In this document: piece after piece, positions 57,600-64,000 of the stretch
Position numbering within the stretch: position 1 is the first letter of the stretch
Layout: each line of letters opens with the position of its first letter
Source of the DNA: Lentimicrobiaceae bacterium
GTDB lineage: Bacteria; Bacteroidota; Bacteroidia; Bacteroidales; JAAYJT01
Assembly (NCBI GenBank): GCA_037445555.1
Contig: JBBIKG010000012.1
Location: forward strand, 14,016-78,015
Direction: 5' to 3'
Length of the DNA stretch: 64,000 bases
Program-made: the position numbers and the translations under genes
Notes under the pieces: model-generated
Seen by the model: the letters and a program-made list of their open reading frames with translations, nothing else
What the model was told of the DNA's origin: nothing
Database searches by the model: none

Positions 57600-58737
57600 A
57601 TCGCGCCAGCTCAAGCAATTTTTCCAGCCTTGGGGCATTAAGCCTGAAATTATTTCCGCCGGCTTTGTTTCTGATCAGCAGGTTAAGTAATGCCTGCTCA
57701 TTATACTCGGAAGATATGGATTCGGAGATGCGCACCGGGCATCCGATTGAAGCGAAGAATTCTTCGAGTTTCAGGATAGTTTCGTCCATGCCAATCACAC
57801 CAAACACCTCCCTGCCTAAACGTTCAATGGCAGGTGCTGCTTCGCTTTTGAAGACTTTCAAATAGGCGGGATAAATAATCGTAAGCGAAGCCCCGTGAGG
57901 TGTGCCGTAGAGTAGTGACAGATGATGGCCAATACTGTGCACACCCCAGTCGCCCATGCCCTTGCCAATGGCGGTTGTGCCATTAAGTGCTACTGTTGCG
58001 GCATACATAATGCGTGCGCGCAGCTCATAGTCCGAAAGGTTGGCAAGGAGTTTGTGCCCATTTTCGACCGCCTCGCGGAGAATGGAGAAGATGAACCGGT
58101 CGGTGAGCGGGGCGTCGGCCCGGCCAAAGTAGTTTTCGAGGCAGTGAGCCATCAGGTCTGCTATGCCATAAGCAGTATGATCTTTCGGAACACTCAGAGT
58201 ATAGGTGGGGTCGAGCAACGAATGAGTGGGGTACATCAGGGGATGGCCATAACCGTTTTTTTGTCCGGCTTCGTCGTTTTGAACAACAGCAAACATATTC
58301 ATTTCTGTGCCGGTGGCAGCCAGTGTCAGCACCGAGATGAGCGGTATGGCACGCGAAGGCTTTTGGGCACCGTTAAAAAAATCCCATCCGCTGTGGCCGA
58401 CTGGTATGGTGATGGCTATAGCCTTGGCTGAGTCAATAACACTGCCCCCGCCCACGGCAACAATCACGTTAACCTTTTTGTCGCGCCCGAGCTGTGCGGC
58501 AGCATCCACATCTTCAATCACGGGGTTGGGTTTTATACCGGAATACTCAAAAATCTCAGTTCCGGCCTGAACCAGCTGGTTAACCACATCGCGATAAGCT
58601 CCGTTTTTTTTCACCGAGCCTTTTCCGTACACCAACAAAACTTTCTTGCCGAAACCCGAGAGAATTTCGGGCATTTTACCTACCACTCCCTTGCCAAAAT
58701 GCAGCCGCGTGGGATTATACATGACAAAATTTTCCAT
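57598..58737 (-). CDS. iron-containing alcohol dehydrogenase (butanol dehydrogenase-like)
   Basis: NPTRLHFGKG, AVGGGSVIDSAK, TLAATGTE, D..AH..E, HSIGH, HGASL. Confidence 0.92.
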   Translation of the reverse strand: MENFVMYNPTRLHFGKGVVGKMPEILSGFGKKVLLVYGKGSVKKNGAYRDVVNQLVQAGTEIFEYSGIKPNPVIEDVDAAAQLGRDKKVNVIVAVGGGSVIDSAKAIAITIPVGHSGWDFFNGAQKPSRAIPLISVLTLAATGTEMNMFAVVQNDEAGQKNGYGHPLMYPTHSLLDPTYTLSVPKDHTAYGIADLMAHCLENYFGRADAPLTDRFIFSILREAVENGHKLLANLSDYELRARIMYAATVALNGTTAIGKGMGDWGVHSIGHHLSLLYGTPHGASLTIIYPAYLKVFKSEAAPAIERLGREVFGVIGMDETILKLEEFFASIGCPVRISESISSEYNEQALLNLLIRNKAGGNNFRLNAPRLEKLLELAR

Positions 58738-58809
58738 AATTCAAACAGAGTTACTAGTAAATGATGCGGGGATTTCATCCTGCAGGCAGGAATTAAAACA
58801 ATGAAATCA

Positions 58810-60060
58810 CTAAAAGGTTGATCGCATAGCTTCGACCGGATCAAGCCTTGATGCCGACCAGGCCGGTACGATACCCGAAATGAGGCCGATGATGGCCGAC
58901 ACAGATATTCCAAGTATAATATTGCCTGCTGTAAGGGCTAGTTCCATTTCGAACATAGATTCGGCCAGCAGTGTACCGATAAAGATGATGGCCAGGCCCA
59001 AAATTCCGCCCAGCACAGACAAAAAGACAGCTTCGAAAAGGAATTGAAACAACACAAAATAATTCTTGGCTCCTACTGATTTCTGGATGCCTATGATTCC
59101 CGTGCGCTCCTTGACCGACACAAACATGATATTCGCTATGCCGAATCCCCCAACGAGGAGCGAAAAGCCTCCAATAATCCATCCCACCACCGAAACAACC
59201 CTGAAAAGCGAGTCAAAGCCCTGCGAGATGACACTTGTTTCGTTGATCGCAAAATTGGCCTCGGCTGAGGGCTTGAGCCTGCGAACCGAGCGCAGGATAC
59301 CCGTTAACTCATCGGTGAGTTCCTGATTCGATACGTTTGGTTTGCCCTTTACTGCTATCGTGGCGCCGACATTGCCGCTGTTCAGGTCAATGAAAGCGCG
59401 GGCAAAGTTGATTGGTACAAGCACTTGTTTGTCGGATGAATTTCTGAAAGCAGACTCGCCTTCGCGCTTCATTACTCCGATCACCTCAAGTTTTCTTCCC
59501 CATACGATAATGTTCATCCCAAGGGGGTTGGCGCCAGGAAACAGGGTTTGTGCTATAGTGCTTCCGATGACGGCCACATTTCGCCCGGCGGCAGATTCGA
59601 TGGGAGTAAAGTATCTTCCCTGAGCAATTTCGAAATAAAAACATTGGAAATATTCGTGTGAAATCCCTACAATGGAAGCTCCTTCGACAACCTTGCTCTG
59701 GTGGCTGACATTTTTGGAAACCCCTGTGAAAAATGCCACCGCATCGGCGGCCTGGCTCCGGCGTTTTATTTCCTCAAGCTCGGCGATCTTCGGTTCGGGG
59801 CGTTTCATGTATTTCCACCATGGATAATCAGATCCTCCCATTGCCCAGGGCCATTTCTGCACAAAAAGCACGTTGCTGCCCAACGACTCAATGCTGCTGC
59901 GTATGTTGCGCTCAAGGCTGTCGAACACCGTGAATACAGAAATGATGCAAAAAATTCCGATGGTGATGCCTAACAGGGATAGGATCGTACGAGTTTTGTT
60001 GGCATTAACAGCCTGAAGTGCAAATATCAGGCTCTCGCGAAGTAGCTTAACAAAAAGCAT
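58810..60060 (-). CDS. MacB/FtsX-family ABC transporter permease
   Basis: NKTRTILSLLGITIG, GGFGIANIMFVSVKERT, LDPVEAMR. Confidence 0.9.
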   Translation of the reverse strand: MLFVKLLRESLIFALQAVNANKTRTILSLLGITIGIFCIISVFTVFDSLERNIRSSIESLGSNVLFVQKWPWAMGGSDYPWWKYMKRPEPKIAELEEIKRRSQAADAVAFFTGVSKNVSHQSKVVEGASIVGISHEYFQCFYFEIAQGRYFTPIESAAGRNVAVIGSTIAQTLFPGANPLGMNIIVWGRKLEVIGVMKREGESAFRNSSDKQVLVPINFARAFIDLNSGNVGATIAVKGKPNVSNQELTDELTGILRSVRRLKPSAEANFAINETSVISQGFDSLFRVVSVVGWIIGGFSLLVGGFGIANIMFVSVKERTGIIGIQKSVGAKNYFVLFQFLFEAVFLSVLGGILGLAIIFIGTLLAESMFEMELALTAGNIILGISVSAIIGLISGIVPAWSASRLDPVEAMRSTF

Positions 60061-60266
60061 GTTGTGGGTGTTATTCGTTCTCTTGTCAGTATCGTATCCA
60101 GCAGGCGGTCTGGAGGGGGTAAAATTAGAATAAAAATATGTGCAGCAGCTCAAAGCCCCTCAGGTATTTTTAATAATATTGCACCGGTTTTCAGTCGCCC
60201 TAAATTATTGAAAAGCAAACCCCTACCCTGCCCTGATGCTGCGGTAATTTTATTGATGCTCATTGC

Positions 60267-61784
60267 ATGAAAAAGATTCAACGCGCCCTTATTTCAGTGT
60301 ATCACAAAGATGGCCTGGAAACCATCCTGGAAAAATTACATGGCTCTGACGTTGAACTGTATTCGACAGGCGGCACCTACGACTTTATCTTATCCTGCGG
60401 CCTTCCGGCAAAAAGCATCGAATTCCTTACGGGCTATCCCTCAATCCTCGACGGTCGTGTGAAAACTCTGCATCCAAAAGTATTTGGAGGAATCCTTGCC
60501 CGACAGAATATTAGCACCGACCAGCAACAGCTGGCCGATTACGATATTCCGCCTTTTGATCTTGTGATTGTTGACCTGTATCCTTTTGAGCAAACCCTTA
60601 AGGAAACCGGCGATGAAGGCGAGATCATTGAAAAAATAGACATTGGAGGCATTTCGCTTATCCGTGCGGCAGCAAAAAACTTTGCCGATGTGCTGGTGGT
60701 AGCGGGGAGGCATATGTATGCGCCCTTGCTTAACCTGATTGAAGAAAACGGAATGGCAAGTTCACCTGAACAGCGCAAATATTTTGCTGCGGAGGCATTT
60801 AATGTTAGCTCACACTACGACACAGCTATTTTTCACTATTTCAACCAATGGGTCAATATTCCTGCTTTCAAAGAAAGTATAACATCCTATTCCCCACTTC
60901 GCTACGGCGAAAATCCTCACCAGGCAGGATTTTTCTTTGGGAACCTGGAAGAAGCTTTCGAACAGCTGCATGGCAAAGAACTATCATACAACAATTTGGG
61001 CGATATTGATGCAGCCATGGCTTTGATCGACGAGTTTCAGGATCCCACCTTTGCCATCATCAAGCATACCAATGCGTGTGGTTTAGCCAGCCGTCCTACT
61101 TTGATCCAAGCATGGAATGACGCCCTTGCGGGGGATCCGGTGTCGGCTTTTGGCGGCGTATTGATCTGTAATGCTACTTTAGATGCGGGCACGGCTTCGG
61201 CTATCGACACTTTGTTTTTCGAGGTGATTTTAGCCCCTGCATACTCAGAAGAGGGGCTTGCGCTGCTGAAATCAAAGAAAAATAGAATAATTTTGCGGCG
61301 AAAATCGTATAATTCCCGATCCGTATCTTACCGAACGGCAATAAACGGGGTGTTGTGGCAACAGGCCGATAGGGTTACAAGCCCTGCGGATGGGTTAACG
61401 GTGGTTACGCAACACACTCCTGACAGCCGTGAAATTGAAGATATGTTTTGGGCAAACAAGGTGGTGAAGCATTCCAAGTCGAATGCCATTGTTTTGGCAA
61501 AAAACAGGCAGCTGCTTGGAAGCGGAACCGGGCAAACTTCGCGTGTGGATGCCGTGCGCCACGCCATTGAAAAAGCCGGACAATTTGGGTTCGGTCTTGG
61601 TGGGGCGGTAATGGCATCAGATGCGTTTTTTCCCTTTTCTGATTCAATCGGGCTTGCGCATAGTGCGGGCATAACGGCCGTGATACAGCCGGGGGGCTCG
61701 GTAAGAGACCAGGAAAGCATCGATTATTGCAACGCTCATGGAATTGCCATGGCGTTCACCGGCATACGACATTTCAAACATTGA
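60267..61784 (+). CDS. purH: bifunctional AICAR transformylase/IMP cyclohydrolase
   Basis: ALISVYHK, GRVKTLHP, IDIGG, LRYGENPHQ, KHTNACG, SDAFFPF, RHFKH. Confidence 0.97.
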   Translation: MKKIQRALISVYHKDGLETILEKLHGSDVELYSTGGTYDFILSCGLPAKSIEFLTGYPSILDGRVKTLHPKVFGGILARQNISTDQQQLADYDIPPFDLVIVDLYPFEQTLKETGDEGEIIEKIDIGGISLIRAAAKNFADVLVVAGRHMYAPLLNLIEENGMASSPEQRKYFAAEAFNVSSHYDTAIFHYFNQWVNIPAFKESITSYSPLRYGENPHQAGFFFGNLEEAFEQLHGKELSYNNLGDIDAAMALIDEFQDPTFAIIKHTNACGLASRPTLIQAWNDALAGDPVSAFGGVLICNATLDAGTASAIDTLFFEVILAPAYSEEGLALLKSKKNRIILRRKSYNSRSVSYRTAINGVLWQQADRVTSPADGLTVVTQHTPDSREIEDMFWANKVVKHSKSNAIVLAKNRQLLGSGTGQTSRVDAVRHAIEKAGQFGFGLGGAVMASDAFFPFSDSIGLAHSAGITAVIQPGGSVRDQESIDYCNAHGIAMAFTGIRHFKH

Positions 61785-61824
61785 CAGAAACAATATTACT
61801 AACGGGAAAATACTCTTTACCAAT

Positions 61825-62847
61825 ATGGGACTTTTATCCTTCCTGAACCGCGAAATAGCCATTGACCTTGGCACAGCAAATACGGTGATCATATATAACG
61901 ACAAAGTAGTGGTCGATGAGCCTTCGATCGTGGCCATGGAGCGCAGCACCGGAAAAATAATTGCTGTGGGCAAGCGCGCTCAGATGATGTTTGGCAAAAC
62001 GCACGATAATATCAAAACCATCCGCCCTTTGCGCGATGGAGTAATTGCCGATTTTCAGGCCGCCGAGCACATGCTCAGAGAGATGATAAAAATGATCAAT
62101 CAGAAGAAGTCATTATTTCCTCCGGCACTGAAAATGGTGATTTGTATTCCTTCAGGCATCACCGAGGTGGAAGAGCGCGCCGTAAAAGATTCGGCCGAAC
62201 AAGCCGGGGCCAAAGAGGTAAGGCTGATTCACGAACCAATGGCGGCGGCTATCGGTATCGGTATCGATGTGATGGAGCCTAATGGTAACATGGTGATTGA
62301 CATCGGAGGGGGAACCAGTGAGATTGCAGTAATTGCTCTGGGCGGGATCGTAAACAACAAATCCATACGCATTGCCGGCGATGAATTTAACATTGACATC
62401 GTGGAGTATATGCGCAAACAACATAACATCGTGATTGGGGAGCGATCGGCCGAGATTATCAAGATCGAGGTGGGTGCAGCGATGGCCGACATTGACAATC
62501 CTCCGCCCGACTTTGCCGTACACGGGCGCGACCTGCTGACAGGCATTCCTAAAGAAATTTATGTGAACTATGCCGAAATCGCCCACTGCCTCGACAAATC
62601 CATTTCAAAGATTGAGGCGGCTGTGCTGAATGCCCTCGAAATGACCCCACCCGAACTTGCTGCCGACATATACAAAACCGGGATTTACCTGGCAGGAGGT
62701 GGTTCGCTGTTGCGGGGTCTCGACAAGCGCATTTCCCTGAAAACAAAATTGCCGGTGCATGTTGCTGATGACCCGTTGCGTGCTGTTGCCCGCGGAACCG
62801 GGATTGCTCTCAAGAACTTTAACAAATTCAACTTCCTCATTAAGTAG
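61825..62847 (+). CDS. mreB: rod shape-determining protein MreB
   Basis: IAIDLGTANT, PLRDGVIADF, EPMAAAIG, DIGGGT, GGGSLL. Confidence 0.97.
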   Translation: MGLLSFLNREIAIDLGTANTVIIYNDKVVVDEPSIVAMERSTGKIIAVGKRAQMMFGKTHDNIKTIRPLRDGVIADFQAAEHMLREMIKMINQKKSLFPPALKMVICIPSGITEVEERAVKDSAEQAGAKEVRLIHEPMAAAIGIGIDVMEPNGNMVIDIGGGTSEIAVIALGGIVNNKSIRIAGDEFNIDIVEYMRKQHNIVIGERSAEIIKIEVGAAMADIDNPPPDFAVHGRDLLTGIPKEIYVNYAEIAHCLDKSISKIEAAVLNALEMTPPELAADIYKTGIYLAGGGSLLRGLDKRISLKTKLPVHVADDPLRAVARGTGIALKNFNKFNFLIK

Positions 62848-62884
62848 CCCACTTTTCGCTCAAAGCAAACGCTGACACCCCGCT

Positions 62885-63706
62885 ATGCGAAACCTTTTTG
62901 AGTTTATCTGGAGAAACCGCTATTATCTTCTTTTCGTTATTCTCGAAACTATCGCATTCAGCATTATCATAAACAGTTCAATATATCAGCAATGGGCAGT
63001 GCAGGACATCACCGGATCAGTGGTGGGCTCTATCAATAAAACCACCGCTAACATCGGCGAATTTTTTACCCTGAAAAAAGACAATGTATCGCTTGCGCTT
63101 GAAAATGCCAAACTGCGGCAGCAACTGGATGCATATTCTGCCTTGGCTGACACACTAGGTGTAAAACCCCGGATTTCCAATAAAGATCCTCAGTATCAGT
63201 ACACCTATGCCAAGGTGATAAAGAACTCCGTCACCTTGCGAAACAACTACCTGATGCTTGACCGGGGGAGGCTGAGCGGCATTGAAAAAGATATGGCCGT
63301 AATTGCGCCCAATGGAGTAGTGGGCATCGTGCTGAATGTGTCCAACAACTATAGCTGGGTAATGTCGGTATTGAATCAAAATACTAAGATAAACGGCAAA
63401 CTGCTAAAAAACAATTTCCAGGGCTCGCTCACCTGGGATGGCATAACTTATCATACCGGCACCCTGCGCGACATACCTGCACATATCGAACTGCTGCCGG
63501 GCGATACCATTGTCACCAGCGGGTTTTCATTAATGTTCCCCGAAGGTATCATGATAGGTACAGTAAAAGATTCATACATTGATAAAGGTGATCACTTCCA
63601 TACCGTTAAGGTTGATTTTTCGGTCGACTATAATAATCTGAGACATGTTTACGTGGTCAAGAATCTGCGGCGCAAGGAGCAACTCTCAACCCAGCAATAC
63701 CTATGA
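62885..63706 (+). CDS. mreC: rod shape-determining protein MreC
   Basis: N-terminal TM, coiled coil ENAKLR, GVVG, GDTIVTSG..FPEGI; follows mreB. Confidence 0.93.
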   Translation: MRNLFEFIWRNRYYLLFVILETIAFSIIINSSIYQQWAVQDITGSVVGSINKTTANIGEFFTLKKDNVSLALENAKLRQQLDAYSALADTLGVKPRISNKDPQYQYTYAKVIKNSVTLRNNYLMLDRGRLSGIEKDMAVIAPNGVVGIVLNVSNNYSWVMSVLNQNTKINGKLLKNNFQGSLTWDGITYHTGTLRDIPAHIELLPGDTIVTSGFSLMFPEGIMIGTVKDSYIDKGDHFHTVKVDFSVDYNNLRHVYVVKNLRRKEQLSTQQYL

Positions 63707-64000
63707 ACAACACCTTACGCATCATCCTGCGGTTTATTATCCTGGTATCAGTTCAGGTGTTGGTGCTGAACAATATCCGGCTGGGGGGATTTCTTAACCC
63801 GTACCTGTATGTTCTATTTATCATCACTTTGCCTTTTGTAATTCCGGGGTGGCAGCTTCTCTTGCTGGGTTTTCTGACGGGTTTTTTGATTGATGCCTTT
63901 TCAAACGCCGGGGGCATTCATGCCGCCGCCACGGTGCTGATGGCATTCATCAGGCCGGGACTGATTAAAATGTATTTCCGAAAAGAGACTTTCGAGCCCT
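63703..64000 (+). CDS. mreD: rod shape-determining protein MreD (partial, runs off window end)
   Basis: ATG overlaps the mreC stop; MNNTLRIILRFIILVSVQVLVLNNI...NPYLYVLFI...GFLIDAFSNAGGIHAAA. Confidence 0.85.
   Translation, partial: MNNTLRIILRFIILVSVQVLVLNNIRLGGFLNPYLYVLFIITLPFVIPGWQLLLLGFLTGFLIDAFSNAGGIHAAATVLMAFIRPGLIKMYFRKETFEP

Noticed and set aside
1-64000. CRISPR arrays, rRNA, IS elements, prophage genes, and the many short antisense ORFs in the track
   Set aside because: No regularly spaced repeats, rRNA, transposase or phage motifs were seen. The short overlapping ORFs are shadows of well-supported genes.

Overview
64 kb of a Bacteroidota chromosome, most likely an environmental anaerobic member of Bacteroidales. 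This is inferred from TAnnTTTG promoters, a T9SS C-terminal domain, a DUF5777-like porin, EF-G2 and the gene orders rnc-fabF-acpP and purH-mreBCD. About 1-40 kb and 55-64 kb are mostly core and peptide-catabolic genes: many secreted peptidases, an ECF sigma/anti-sigma pair, MlaEF, a Na+-pumping methylmalonyl-CoA decarboxylase operon, an archaeal-type GAPOR-like oxidoreductase and two tRNAs. An accessory zone follows tRNA-Asn (about 40.5-55.3 kb). It opens with a small GIY-YIG nuclease flanked by a duplicated tRNA 3' half that carries an 18-bp palindrome in place of the variable loop. Several decaying genes come next. The most notable element is a self-contained, Crp/Fnr-linked cytochrome cluster (46.2-55.3 kb). 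It encodes an outer-membrane beta-barrel, two cytochrome c lipoproteins, a periplasmic monoheme cytochrome, a heptaheme c plus diheme b pair resembling Geobacter CbcBA, and a fused CcsBA heme lyase. This looks like a trans-envelope (extracellular) electron-transfer conduit in a Bacteroidota. All assignments come from motif recognition by eye; no searches were run.
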